A DNA stretch of 64,000 bases from Callorhinchus milii (GCF_018977255.1 NW_024704769.1:2232001-2296000); one strand, 5' to 3'; counted from the first letter of the stretch, positions 22,101-35,497 are shown. The notes: generated by a model from the sequence alone, not told the origin. Translations and numbers: made by a program.

Positions 22101-24141
22101 TTATTCACCTGGTGATGGTTTGTTTCTCTCCGAGTCTGAATAAAACCTTTGTTTTAGCTCCAAAAAGTGATCTTTCAGCTGTGTTCGTGCCCGGCTCCAT
22201 CTCTCAGGTATCCCCAGTCACCAGTGAGGGGGAGGACCGGGAAGGGGGAAAGGGGAGGAATAGAGGGGGTGGGGTGGGGGGTGGTTGGGGAGATGACGGT
22301 GGAAGAGAGTGGGCTCTCTCGCAGTTGCTCACACTTTACAGTAAATCCCATGAAGGGTTTGGAGATGTCCTCACGGCATGAAAGGCATTGCACCAAATGT
22401 ATTGCTTGTATTATTAATAATAACAATAATCTTCACATTTGGTACAGAGCCTTATCGCGTCTCGCCGGCGGGGGGGGGTGGGGTGGAGGCGGTGTCGTCT
22501 CAAAGGATTTACCGTTAAATGTAGTGACTGAAGAAAATAGCAGCAACTTCCCATCAGCACTGGTGTCAGATACCACAATTTATATAAAACCTTCCTTGTA
22601 AACCAGATTCAGCAAAACTGGATATAAGTATTGAGCAAAAGCACTTATATTGTTCCTCTTGCTCCCCTTCCAGCGACGTCACGCGTAGCAAGACTCAGAT
22701 TAGCTTCCACAGGAATGATTACAGAACTTTCTACAAAAACACTTGTGCCAAAATCCCCCGAGGCTCTGACTCATAACCTGGCCATTCGCAGCCTGGCAAT
22801 GGGTTAGCTTTTGATGAAGATCTGAAGAAAACTTTGCTGATGTATCAACCAGCTCACGGTGGGGGGTTTGGGGGGGGGTGGTGGAGTGGGTGGTGGGGGT
22901 GGAGGGGTGGGTGGTGGAGAGCACTGCTGCAGATGCCATCCTTCAGATGTGACTCTAAAAGTATTTGGGTGGATGTTAAACGATCCTGTTGGACACCAAG
23001 AAGGAAGTTTCTCTCCTCGCCAGTGTCCTGGCCAACTATCTGAGATCCAGGTTCAAGTCCTCTATCTCGCTGAGACTTCCGCTGCGATAGACAGCCTGAC
23101 TTACATCAGCTCCAAGTATGGTTCATAATATTCCCCCCACACCCCCCCCCTCCCTTCCACCCCGGCTTTGGCACTTTGAGACGTCTCAAAGACGTGATGA
23201 GGTGTCATCTCAAATGCCGGGTTTATTACTGTTATGATAAGTGGTGACTGGGGGCACACGGGATATATCCTGTGTCTCACTCGCTCACACCATGTCACTG
23301 ACTGAAATCAAATCCCCTCACACCTCGGTCCTGCTCTGCTCTCAGAGTTTGCACTGTGACTGGCATTTGGACAACAAGATGCTCCTTTTCACACTGATAC
23401 ACACACACACACACAGACACACATATACACTGACACGCACACACACTGACACGCACGCACACTGACATATACAGACACACATACATACACACACACACTG
23501 ACACACACATGCACACTGACACACTGACAGACACACACACACAGATATACACAGACTGACACGCACAGACAGACATGCACTGATACACGCACACACACAT
23601 ACCGACACACAGACACACACTAACACACACAACAACAGCGACAACAAAATTACATTTGTAAAGCGCCTTTCACGGCGGGAGGATGGCCCAAGGCGCTGGA
23701 CAGTCAGAGTTTCGGACCCGAGCTGGGGAGGGGGGGGGGGGGGGGTATCGGGGAGGGCGGAGGGCAGCGGGAGATGGGGGGGGGTGAGATGGGGAGATCG
23801 AAATCACGGTCAAAGAGGAGTGTCTTGAGATGGGTCTTGAAAGGAGACACACTGACACACACACACGGACACACACACATACAGACAAGACACCAAAATC
23901 CCAACCCACTGAGCAAACACTCTGCACCGCCTTCTCACATTAACCAGTGAGTTCCATTTGCTCACTCCGCACTGCGTCTCTATTCCATTTGTATGAACTT
24001 TTTTTTATATAAAGCTGCACAATTACAATTGAACTTTCACTGTATATATATATATATATAATTCCCCCTCCCATCCCCTCACCCCCCAAAACCCTCCCCG
24101 ATAGAAATCATCTGGGCTTCTCTTGCCTAATACTTACCCAT
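13197..24141 (-). CDS. ARID5A: AT-rich interaction domain 5A, exons 1-6 (last exon missing at gap)
   Basis: Exons 24138-24141 (ATGG|gtaagt), 16552-16649, 15207-15387, 14659-14711, 13710-13807, 13197-13377, all in phase. Protein: [13 protein letters not shown]...[108 protein letters not shown]. This is the ARID5 domain; RLVLPY and PRKQYK favour 5A over 5B. Confidence 0.88.
15680..16261 (+). mobile_element. CR1 LINE 3' fragment
   Basis: [32 protein letters not shown]...TRGH, followed by the CR1 3' UTR ending attctacgattcta. Confidence 0.88.
16775..17260 (-). mobile_element. L2 LINE RT fragment
   Basis: [35 protein letters not shown]...LWNSIP...FKTHLKT. Confidence 0.88.
17274..17530. repeat. 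~255-bp element bounded by ~42-bp inverted repeats derived from the CR1 3' end
   Basis: catagaaacaggaggaggccattcagcccctcgagcctgttc ... gaacaaggcttgaggggctgaatagcctaatcctgtttctatg. Confidence 0.7.
17960..19515 (+). mobile_element. Degenerate L1/Tx1-clade LINE ORF2 with 3' UTR
   Basis: [23 protein letters not shown]; [24 protein letters not shown]; [27 protein letters not shown]; INSVKEAL. Multiple frameshifts and an AT-rich tail with aataaa. Confidence 0.85.
20077..21290. mobile_element. Penelope-type remnant with inverted pseudo-LTR arms (20077-20167 minus, 21194-21290 plus)
   Basis: The arms are imperfect reverse complements: ctgac.aa...gacctgaaa...aactc...tctctccatg.atgctgcc.gacctgc.gcgtgttcccag. 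Confidence 0.65.
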
Positions 24142-24634
24142 TTCGGAGTGTGTGAGCAGAAATGCCTCTCGCTTTACTCCATGCGCTAACTCTCCCTCTC
24201 GCTCTCTCTCTCTCTTCACCAGATACACATCAAACAGCACTAAATTTCCAAAGAACCAGCCCAGCCCAGCCTGGGCTCCACAACACGCCTCTCTCCCCGC
24301 CTCCTGTCTCTCAATACCACGTGGGACTTGTCGTATGTTTGTGCGTGTTTGTGTGTGTGGGGTGTGTGTGTGTGTGTGTGTGTGCGCGTGCGCACACGTG
24401 TCACAGCATACACACATCCCCCTCCTTCCCCAGTCCTGTGTGTGCGTTTCGGGGCAGGCGGGCGGGGGGGGGGAACACTCCCCCACCTCCCATCCCCCAT
24501 TGATGATGATGTTGGTCACTCACTGCAAGACTCTGAGAGGAGGGACACAAACTGGCCACTAATACACAGTCACTACAGCCATGAAGTGAACAGCCAATTT
24601 CATCCCGAAGGGCTTGTCTACCAGGAGACCGCGT

Positions 24635-24644
24635 GGAAATCCCC
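24635..24644 (-). promoter_or_regulatory. NF-kB site (GGGGATTTCC) ~500 bp upstream of the ARID5A start codon
   Basis: Perfect GGGRNNYYCC match. CACGTG E-boxes lie nearby (~24318, ~24395). Confidence 0.4.
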
Positions 24645-24769
24645 GGTCTTTAACAGCCACGAGGGAAGCTCCACAACTGTTCCTCACTTTCCTTCCAAAG
24701 GACCTTGTTGGCCCGAACCTTTCTCCTGTGATCTACTTCCTCTTTTGTTGGAGAATGTGTCCAGGTCAA

Positions 24770-25440
24770 CAACAACAACAATATTACATGCGTAAAGCAC
24801 CTTTCACGTCGGGAGCACATCTGAAGGTGCTGAACTACTCGTGTTTCAGCTGGGGGTCGGGATCGGGGAGGTGGGGGGCGGGGGGGGGAAGGAGGGAGGA
24901 GGGTGGTCAAAGGCCGATAAGCAGTGAGTTTGCGTAGTCGAGCCTCGATGTAATGAAGGTGTGTACGAGGGTCTCGGTGGCCTGTGGTGTGAGATAGTGT
25001 AGGAGCCGGGATATGAGGTGGGGGGAAGGCAGAGCGGGTCATGGCGCAGATGTGGGGTAGAAAGGATAGTTGAGGGTCAAACAAGACCCCCGAGGTTCCA
25101 GACTGTCTCAGCGAGGTGGAGTGTGCAACCATGGATGGTGATGCTGTCAGCGCCTGAGGTGAGGAGGTGCTGACGGGAGCAAATCAGGAGAGCCTCGGTC
25201 TTGTTGACGTTCAACTGAAAAAGTTCACTCTCATCCAGAGCTCGATGTCTGACGGACATTCTGTCAGGACAGTGGGTCCTGAAGTCGAGGGTAGAGGCAG
25301 AGAGGTAGAATGGATGTGGAAGTTGACCCCATGTCTGCGGATAAGGGAGCATATAGTGGTCAACCCCATTGAAGGCAGCAGAGATGTCCAGGAGGACGAG
25401 GATACAGTGGAAGCCCTGGGTGCAGGTCAACAGCAAGAGA
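24770..25440 (-). mobile_element. L2 LINE fragment
   Basis: ILVLLDISAAFNGVDH; FQLNVNKTEALLI; GVLFDPQLSFLPHI. Confidence 0.85.
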
Positions 25441-27030
25441 GGAACCAGCCCTGCAGCCGGTCACACACTGTCTTCTCACTTCTGGGACATGGTCTGGCTC
25501 ACAGCCAATGAGGCCACAGCCCATCCCATGTTAATAATAATAATCCTTGCATTCAATACAGCGCCGAGAACCCCAGAGAACCTGCCAAACTTCACAGGGT
25601 TTTTACTATGAAGTGTAGTGACTTTGCGGCCTGTAGGTGAACGCAGCAGCCAATCTCCAGCTGATCCAGAAGAGAGAGTCCTAACCTGAGCCTTAATTGC
25701 TGAAGGCCAGGAATCAGTTGAGGACCCGACGCTGTGTTGATACTCTAACTACAGCGAGAGAAACACACCCCGGGATGCAATGGTTTCTGTGCTCCGGGTG
25801 GTGGGGGGGGGGAGTGGGTGGGGTGGGGGCGCTGGTTGGAGGGGGAAAGGGGGAGCGACTGGTTCAGGAGGGAGAGGCCGTGTTCGGCTAGCGAAGGTGA
25901 AAGTGAAGTTGTAGGAGACACAGAGGGTGTCGGAGAGAGGATGTAAAAATGACAAAGGGGATGTGAAATAGAGGCAAGCGGTTTAGAAGAATAAAGCACA
26001 CAGCGTCCAGGATAGAGGGTTGTCTTCAGGTCAGAAAGTAATCTTTACATTCACTTTGGGAGGATATACCGCGAAGGGCAGCGACTGCGTATTTTATAGG
26101 CGAATGCGGCAGCTAATTTGCACAAACACGATGGGGAATGGGAATAGAGAGGTCCACTGAGAGAGAGAGTGGACACCAGTGCGGACACGATGGGGGAAAG
26201 AGCAGGGGATTGGGTTTGGAGTACAGAGCTCGATGCAGGAGATAAAAACCTGCATAGATACAGAGGACAAATGTCCTTTTTGTGGCTGTGAATTATCTTT
26301 CTTGGTTAGTAGCTCAGCATCAAGCGCCTCCTTGACGAAGCATTCTGCTTCTGTAGAAAAGGACCCAAGTTAAACATCGTCGGGCATCAGAGAAACCTGT
26401 GTGTTTGCTCCATAACCGGATACCAGAGGAAGTTAGCCGGGGGAGGGCGTTAGATATAGCTCGACAGCACAGGGGGCAATACTCAGAGAACTAGATATCG
26501 CAGCTTGTGTGTGTTTGTGCAAGTGTGTGAGTGATTGTGGACAGGAGTGAGCGTGTTTGTGTACAGGTGTGAGTGCGCGCGTATAGTGTATGTGGATATG
26601 AACGTACGGATATGTGTGCGTGTGTGTGAGTGTGAGCGCATGGATGAGCATGCGTGGAACTATAACCAGATAATGCGTGCGGTAACTTGGTGAGAAACTG
26701 CTTAAGTGGCCATCACTAGTGATGGTAAAGAACGGTGGACGGAGTTTACATCATTCCACACGCCACACGCCACCAAAATACACAGTCACGACACTCAGCC
26801 ATGAAATCCTGTGAAGCGCTTTCAGAGACTCGATGGCGCGATGCCAAGTGTGAAGATTGTTGTTATTTTCCGTCGAGCTGTTTGCCGATCGGTCATTGAG
26901 GGGACAAACGGAGGCTTTAACCGTGACGGTGAGAAACCCAATAAAGCTGACTGACTCCTGGCTCCCGAGGGATCTTCACTCAGCTCCAATTATAAAACGG
27001 CCTGTTTGTCACTGTCAGTAATCTCATCGG

Positions 27031-27408
27031 AATAACAAATAATCCTTGCACTTGACATAGCGCCTTCTCACATGATTCTTGTTGCAAGGATTATTATCAT
27101 GTCTTCGAGACGTCTCAACGTGCCTAACAGAGTAACGCGGCAGCCGATTGCGCACAGCAGCGTCCCCACAAACAGCCGTGGGTTGAGGGACCAAATTATT
27201 TTGCTTTATTTTGACGGGATTATTAGCCACCCCTGGAAAGCGATCGGCCGATCGACTAACAACCGGGTTCCTACTGACTGCTGGTAAACAGAGGCGCGTG
27301 TGCGTGTTTGTGTGGAGTAAGGAAACTTGCCCAGTGTTTCGCCCGGGAATCGAACCCGGGTCTCTCGCTTGCGAGGCGAATGCTCTAACCGCTCAGCTAC
27401 AGGGATCC
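27031..27408 (-). mobile_element. tRNA-derived Deu-domain SINE
   Basis: Minus strand: ctgtagctgagcggttagagc...gggttcgattcccggg head and Deu core. Confidence 0.8.
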
Positions 27409-30020
27409 TCCGGAAATGCGAGGATTGCCAACGGGAGATGCGCTTCATCACGGGACTGAGCGCAGATACAGGCTTGTCGTTAACCACCCCCCCCCTCCAC
27501 CCCCCACCCCTTGTTCTCTGCAAAGACGAATGGTTTGAAAGGTACACATTCCTCTCTCCGATCAGTCGACCTCCTGGCCGCAACGGCTCACGATTACCGC
27601 CGCGTTCGCACGCGGTTCGCACGTTGTTTCGCCCGCAAATTATACAGTCACCGCACCTTGCAGTATACTCTGCGAAGCGCTTTGAGGCGTCTCGAAGACG
27701 CGACCAGGCGCTACATCAAATGCAAGGATTATTATTATTATTATGAATGCTTGCACGCTGAAAACGATACACCTGGGTTAGTTAACACATGGTTTACACA
27801 TGTATTATAGGCCTTGATATCTCCCCCCCACCCCACCCCACCGGCGACGCGACGTGAATTATATTTTGTCGGTTGGCTGCACGGGGGGGGTTTTCCCCTT
27901 CGCAGCCCGTGATGGGAGCCGCTGTGTGAATGATAGTGAAAGTGCACATCACAACCCAGGCTCAGCACTAACCTCTCGCTGGGGTTTCCTGTCCCAACCG
28001 CACACCACACTTTACCGTCACATAACGGACTCTTTCCAGTTTTTCCGGAAATTCAGCACATGCCTCACCCCTCCCCCCCCCCCCCACACACCCCCTCCCC
28101 CCACTCCAAGCCCGTTACACTGCCCCCCTCCCCAGCCCAACCCATTACACTGCCCCCTCCCCCCCCAGCCCCATTACACTGCACCCCTATCCCCCACCCC
28201 AGCCCATGACATTGCCTCCCCATTAGATTGCCCCCCGCATCCCATTACATTGCCCCTCAGAGCATTACACTGCCCCCCAGCCTATTGCACACCCCAGCCC
28301 ATTACACTACCCCCTCAGCCTATTACACTGCCCACACACCCACCCCCCCCCCCCTCCCCAGCCCATTAGATTGCCCCTCCAGGCCATTACACTGTCCCCA
28401 TCTCATTACACTGCAGCAACAACAACAACAACAATCCTAATGATGGTCGTCACTAAAGCCCAAATTTTGTGGTTGTGTGTGTTGTGTGTCTGTGGGTGAG
28501 TGTCTGCGGGTGAGTGGGAGTGTGTGTGAGAGAGAGTGTCTGTGGGTGAGTGGGAGCGTGTGTGGGAGTGTGTGTTTGATAGAGAGAGTGAGTCTGTGTG
28601 TGAGCGGAGGGAGGGAGGGAGTGTGCGTGTGAGTGTCTTCGTGTATGTGTGTGTGAGTAAGTTGTTGGTGAAGTTGTGTATTTCCAAAACAACATTTCGG
28701 TATCAAACAGATGCTTTCACATCCTACCCATCTCTGCCAATGAACCTCCTGCCCACCCGGTTACTTTGCACCTTGTGCCTTTTCTATGTGGGCAGTGAAA
28801 AGTAATTGCCGCACAATCTTGTTTCTCCCCCCCCCCTCGTGTGAGGACACTTACATCATTAGAAAACAATATATATATATATATATATACATATATACAT
28901 GCACACACATACATACAATACAGTATAGATTAGATATTTGTGGAAATCAGTTAGTAAATATATTTACAAAGCTTCTCCACCCAAAATTCCCTCACCTCCT
29001 TTGTCCTAAAATGTAAGACTGCATAGTCCGTGCGGTAGGTCTCTCACTAACCCCATTCCGTCCCCTCACCCCCCTATGTACTGTGATCTGATCACATTCC
29101 CTTTCTCCCCTTGAGACGTGTAAGAGAGACCTGCATCAAGAGATGACCTGCTTCTGTTTGAGACAGCCTCTCCGCCAACACCATTCGGTGAAGGGCTTTG
29201 AGACGTCTCGAAGAAGACGTGATAAGGTGCTGTATCAAGTTCAAGGAAGTCTCTGGAAGGTCCCAACTTCCCCGCACCCCCCAACTCTCCCCCCCCACCC
29301 CTCACCACTAACCTTCTTCGCTTGCTTTCAATCCTCTGGCTCTGGGATGAATGACCCCCACAGCAAAGCTCGTGGCGTGGCCAGGGTGGGGTGGAGGGTG
29401 GGGGGGGGTGGGGAAGGTGTGGGGAGCCTGAAGTAGACCTGATTGTTACAGACGCCCAGAGACGAGAGCGCACCGATCACACCGGCCGTCGCTCTCAGCT
29501 CTCGTGGGTTGCGCGATCCAGCGGGTTCTGGTGCTCGAGATGAGGGGGAAACACTCGCTCAAACTGCAAACAGTATCGCACGGGTCCTTGGGGTATTTCA
29601 GTCAGGCTGCTCTCCACGTGTGCAAACCAGGTCAGTGTAAAACTGCAGCGTTGCTATAAAAAGGCAATTTCCATTGTATCGCTGCCTCGTTTATATTTGG
29701 CTGAATTCTGTTTTAATCCACTCACAGTCAACGAATACCCAGCACGAGAAGAGGAGAGGGGAGAGGAGGGGAGGCGAGGCGAGGGGAGGGGAGGGAGGGG
29801 AGGCGAGGGGAGTGGAGGCGAGGCGAGGGGAGCGGAGGCGAGGGGAGGGGAGCGGAGGGGAGGGGAGGGGAGCGGAGGCGAGGGGACACTTTCCATTTGG
29901 GATTTTGTCAAAGTGGAAACAGCAATTAACAAATCCACTTTTATGTTTTTAAACGCTGTCAGCACTCCTCCCTCCTTCTAGGTCAATGCTTAGAGATAAT
30001 AGTCAAGCTGCCTCTGCACC

Positions 30021-30172
30021 AAGTCCACACTCCCAGGTCAGGGTTAGAGACCCAGTAAAGCTCCTCTATACTGTGCGTCCACACTCCCAGGTCAGGGTTA
30101 GAGACCCAGTAAAGCTCCTCCACACTGTGCGTCCACACTCCCAGGTCAGGGTTAGAGACCCAGTAAAGCTCT
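30021..30172 (-). repeat. ~54-bp minisatellite, 3 copies, same family as 12948-13155
   Basis: ccacactcccaggtcagggttagagacccagtaaagctc repeated three times. Confidence 0.85.
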
Positions 30173-32413
30173 CTGGTTTCACAGGGCAGGTGGGAGTGTC
30201 AGGGCCTCATTTCACCTGCGGGCGCCAATCTGCACGACAACCGATGAGAACCCGAGAGGGGGGCCTGGGGTGGTGTTGGGGGGGGTGAGATGTCACATTA
30301 CCCGTTGAGCTGCCTGAACAGCACCTTCTTACATCGTTGTTTCTGATCACATTTTAAATGGCACTTATTAACACATTGAGTGCCGAGTTCCTGGCTGCTT
30401 GCACCCCGATCTTCCCTCCTCCGCACACGCCCCCACCTCTTGTTTGACGCTGTTTCTTGGGCTACGGTATGAAACAGGAACCTCGAAACAGGAGGATGTC
30501 CTTCTGCCCATCCAGCCTTATTCCATGACCTTATTAGGGTCACAGCAGTTCCCATGTCTCCGCCACTCTCTACCCCTCTTAAGTGCAATGCAAGAAAACA
30601 GGTGCAGACAAGATGGGCCAAATGGCCTCTTCTATGCAATGGACTTCCTGCTGCCTGTACATACCACCCTTTATTAGGGAAAGCTCAGGACATTGAACTC
30701 ACAGTCTTGGCTGGCTCCGCGCAGTGCTGGGGGTGGGGGAGCTCTGCTGCTTTCCTGGCGTCTCCGTCCTTCCGGGGGTGGTGGTGGGGTGGGGGGGGGG
30801 GGAGAGAGAGATAGAGAGAGGAGGTCAGAGAGGCAGGGCAGTGAGGGAGGTACAACGAGCAAAACTTCTGAGTGTGCAAAGGGGGTTGATTGATGCTAAA
30901 AGAGACTTGATGGTATCTGTCCCTTCCGGTCACCCCTTGAAGCGAGCAGCTTTGACGACATCTACAGTTAAAACACTCCTCCATTTTTGCTCAACTAGTG
31001 GGATGAATACATGAAATTTTTAAAAATTTGATTTCTTAAAACTGCCCTCGAGTTGTTTTTCTTCCCTCTCTCTCCCCCTCCCCCACACACCACGAAGGGG
31101 TTAACAGCGTAAAACAAAAACCACAGCAACTGTCCCATCAGTCATTCTGTCAAGAATTCGGTGTCCTGTAATGAGTCACCCACCCACCCAGTCATTTCCT
31201 ACCCCTCGAGCACAGCTGGTCCTTGTGGCGAGTGAAAGCCTTTTCGGGATTTTAAGCACCTGCCGAGAGCATCTGCCGAGAGCCACCGGGCTGATCATTC
31301 CCTGGGTCAACAACAACAACAACAACAACGCCGCCGCCCTTCACACCAGGTAGCTCCTCGGGTGACTGCACAGCCTGGCACTGAGCAGNCCCCCCCGTTT
31401 ACTGCAGGCTCGATGACCCGCTTTGTCTTTATCACCTCCTGCCTGTCTCTGTCCTCCCTGCAACGTTACTCACCGAGGTGCCCGCTGCCAGCCAACCCGC
31501 CTCCACAGACGGCGTGGGCACTAAACGGCACGGAACAAACTCCGGACGCTGACAGGCACCAGCCATTGATTGCGCGGAGGCTGCTTTGGTGTCTCCAACG
31601 TGAGACAGTTGCTGCTTTAAGGAGGTCAGAGCTTTAGCTAGGTCACACCGCACAGCGAATCATCTTCCCGCTCCACAAGATGCCTTTGACACACGTCGGA
31701 GAGGTTCTCGGGCCACCTCCGTCAAGTGCTATCGTAAGCAAATGCGGCAGAAACGTCCAGTCACAAATTAAATGAGCGATTCAGCCCGGCTGCCCTCCCC
31801 TCTCCTGTAAGTGCCACAGGATGTTTAACGTCCACCTCTTAACAGGGCACAGACCTAACGGTTTCATGTCTCTGCCAAAGAGATAACCTCAGACAACGCA
31901 GTCCCCCACCCCTAACCCCCCTCCCAACCAGCGCACCCCCACCGCCCTGAGAGAGCTCAAGTTCCAATTGATGCAATTCAATCTGAGTGATCTCTGAGCC
32001 AAAGGCCGGGCTGGTAAAGGCTTAATCTCAGCCGTGGGACAAGGAGATGGTCGACCAGGGTAAGGAATGACAAAAACAGAGAGGGCAAACCAGCCCTGTT
32101 TGTTCACGGGTAGTGCAGAGGGAGCTTTACACTGACTCTAACCCATGCTATCTCTGACCTGGAAGTGCGGACGGATTGTGTAGAGGAAACTTTACTCCGT
32201 ATCTAACCAACACTGTAGTTTATAGTTACACACAGGTTTACAAGCAGAAATGATTCATACACTTACTGAAATTGCGCTACTTACTGTTGTTGTTCTGTGT
32301 CACCAATGTTTTTCCCTCCATCAAAGGGTTAAAAAATCCCAGACCACAAGCACTGCCCCATCAGTCATTGCGTTCCAGCCTTCGCTCCCTCTCTGAATCA
32401 CCCCTAGCGCAGT

Positions 32414-32700
32414 CAGGGCAGAGTGGGCTGGGCAAGGCTGGGGCCAGGGCTGGGTTGAGGCAGGTCTGGGCAGGGCAGGGGGCAGGGCTGGGCATACTGG
32501 GTAGGGCTGGGGCACAGCCGGGCAGGGCAGAGGTGGCTGGGCAGGACTGAGCAGAGCTGGACGGGGCAGAGGTAGCTGGCAGGGCTGGGCAGGGCAGGGC
32601 AGAGGTGGCTGGGCAGGACTGAGCAGAGCTTGGCAGCTCATAGACAGGGCTGGGCTGGGGTAGGGCTGAGCAGAGCTGGGCAGGCAGAGGTGGCTGGGCA
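32414..32700 (+). repeat. G-rich pentamer repeat (GGGCA/GGGCT/GAGCT)
   Basis: Continuous pentameric units with a strong G-strand bias. Confidence 0.85.
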
Positions 32701-34393
32701 GACATGGACCAGTTGTCCTCTGGTTGGTTTTTCTGCGGATCAGCAAAGAGGACAATCCGTGTGCTGGAGGAAATATGCCCCGCGCCACACAATCAATAGT
32801 ACAGCAATGAGGAGCCAAGTCTATACATCCTTCCGTCTACACGGTCTAAATCCTCATCAATCGCACCTACGCACTGTCCAGTCTAATTAATTACGCCGAA
32901 CACTCTCAAAGTTCTCGAAAAAAGGAATGAATTTCAGAAATTATCCAAAATTCTGCACAGAGCCTGGAAGATTACAAGGCTCAGAGGATTCCAGGCCTCC
33001 AGGTCTGGGCAGAGTGATCTGTGACTATGAAAATGGGCAAAGGGTTCGTGCTAATTCAGTAGCGTATGAGGGGTCATGGGAACCTGGGTGAGAGATGGGT
33101 TGAAGAAGCTCCTTTTAGTCGGGTTGGTCTTCCACCAGGAATTTTGCCATTTCCGACAAGTTTGCGCTGAAACACAACAAAGCAGGGTTTTCCCTCTTTG
33201 AACTTGTAGCTCACTGAGCGAGCGAAGAGCCGGGTTGATGGATGCGGAACTGTCTTTCTTCTTACCGAGCAAATCAAAGGCTCAGAGATTGAAAAAACCA
33301 GGGCTTTGGAAAGTAAAACTGTGACATGTGTGGGAGGCACCAGCCTGCATCAGAGATAAAAACACGACACTGTGCCAAAGATAACATCAGATAACACACA
33401 ACCTCAATGTTCACTTGCAACCCACTTCTGAATTTACTACGTCTTCTTTCACATTATTGCATCCGCTTCCTTATCACTCATTTCCACCTTTCGTTTCTTG
33501 TTATTAATGGGATGTTGAATATTCGGCATCTCTCTTGTGTACAAGAACTTTGTTTTTTCCACACACGTGTGTGTGTGTGTGTGTGTGCGCGCGCGCGTGT
33601 GCGTGCGCGTGTAACTATCATGAGACAAGCTGAGCCCATTATGGATAGTGCAAGCCGTGCAGAATTCTGGGCGGCTTGAATTGTATTAAATTTTACTGTT
33701 TAAAAGGAAATTTGCGTCGGTCTTTACTTGACCGCAGGCTCACACATTTAATTCATCCTCACAATAATACACTCCTGACAACTGGTCTCTCCGAAGGGCT
33801 CGACGACACGTTAACAACAACGCCAATTGCATTTATAGAGCGCCTTTCACGTCCCAAGGCGCTGGACAGTTAGGTCGGTACCCCCGAGCAGGGGGGTCAG
33901 GGTGAGGGAAGGAAGGGAGCGAGGAGGGGGCAGAGAGTCAAGCCGAAGGCACGGTTGTTAAGACATATGTATAAATCTTCGAGAAATAAATATGGTCAGG
34001 TTATTGACAACGGCGTGGCTTAAATTGGTAGTAACAAGTTAAAACAGGGTCGAGTTACCAGGAGTAACAAGACAAGGAGGTCGAACCATCACCTTTGCCC
34101 TTTCCCAAGACCTTCCACAAGCGATTCCCAGCAAATCCCCCCAGAACATCCTATGTCGGGGATCTCCCTTGGGCACTTGCCCACCCCCCCGTGCGGAGAT
34201 ATAATTGTGGCATTCCCTTTCTTGCTCCCGATGACTCCAGGTCAGAATTCTGAGCCAAAAGGGTCAAGTCTTGAGTTTGACCTCAGGCACTTATGAAGAA
34301 CGTTCCGCCGTCCTCTACGAGACAGTATCTAACACTGAATTAATTAAATAAACAGCTGGAACATTCCATCCGGAGCAGCCCCCGGACTGTCTC

Positions 34394-35170
34394 GTGAGAG
34401 CCAACTTTCTACAGTTGAACGTCAACGATACCGAAGCTCTCCTGATTCGCTCCCATCAGCGCCTCCGTACCTCAGACGCTGACAGCATCACCATCCATGG
34501 TTGTACACTCCACCTCGCTGAGCCAGTCCCGAACCTTGGGGTCTTGTTTGACCCTCAACTATCCTTTCTACCACATTCGCGCCATGACCCGCTCTGCCTT
34601 CCCCCCCACCTCCACACCATTGCCCGGCTCCGACACCATCTCACACCGCACGCCCCCGAGACCCTCATACACACCTTCAGTACATCGAGGCTCGACTATG
34701 CAAACTCACTGCTTGTCGGCCTCCCCCACTCATCCCTCCACAGGGATCATCCAGAACCCTCTGTGTCCTCTCCCGCACCAGGCTCCGTGAGCCTATCACC
34801 CCCATCCTCATCCAACTCCACCGGCTTCCCATCACACAGAGCATACAGTTCAAGATCCTGGTCCTCACCTTCAAAGCTCCTCATGGTTTTGCTCCTCCCG
34901 ACCTCTCCAACCTCCTAACCCCCTACCGCTCTGTTCCCTCCCTCTGCTCAGCGGGATCTGGTCTGCTTCACGTCCCCCGCCTGGCTCTCCCCACTATCGG
35001 CGGGCGGGTCTTCCGCCACTCTGCACACACCCTCTGGAACTCCATCGGGCAGTCCCTCCGTCTCGTCCCCTCCCTTGCCACCTTCAAGAACCATCTCAAG
35101 ACCCTCTTCTTCGACTGTGCTGTGCTTTCGATCTCCCTGCTTCCCCCACCCTGGACTCCCCCCACACTGT
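34394..35170 (+). mobile_element. L2 LINE 3' fragment
   Basis: [18 protein letters not shown]...NLGVLFDPQLSF...TSRLDYANSLLVGLP. Confidence 0.88.
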
Positions 35171-35179
35171 GTGTGCATC

Positions 35180-35497
35180 GTCCTGGAGCTCAGCGGTTAG
35201 AGCACTCGCCTCACAAGCGAGAGACCTGGGTTCGATTCCCGGCCGGGAGTCAAACTTTGGGCAAGTTACCTTAACTCCCCACACACGCCTGATAATAATC
35301 CCTCAAGAAAAAAAAAACTATAATAAATTGGTCACTTCAACCCACGGCTGTTTGTGGGGACACTGCTGTCCGCAATGGGCCTGCCGCGTTTCGCTCACAA
35401 ATTACACAGTCAATTCCCTTTACAGTGTATCCTGTGAAGCGCTTTGAGACGTCTCGAAGATGCAATAAGGCTCTGTATCAAATGCAATATTATTATT
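35180..35497 (+). mobile_element. tRNA-derived Deu-domain SINE
   Basis: gagctcagcggttagagc A box, ggttcgattccc B box, Deu core, gtgaagcgctttgagacgtc tail. Confidence 0.82.
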
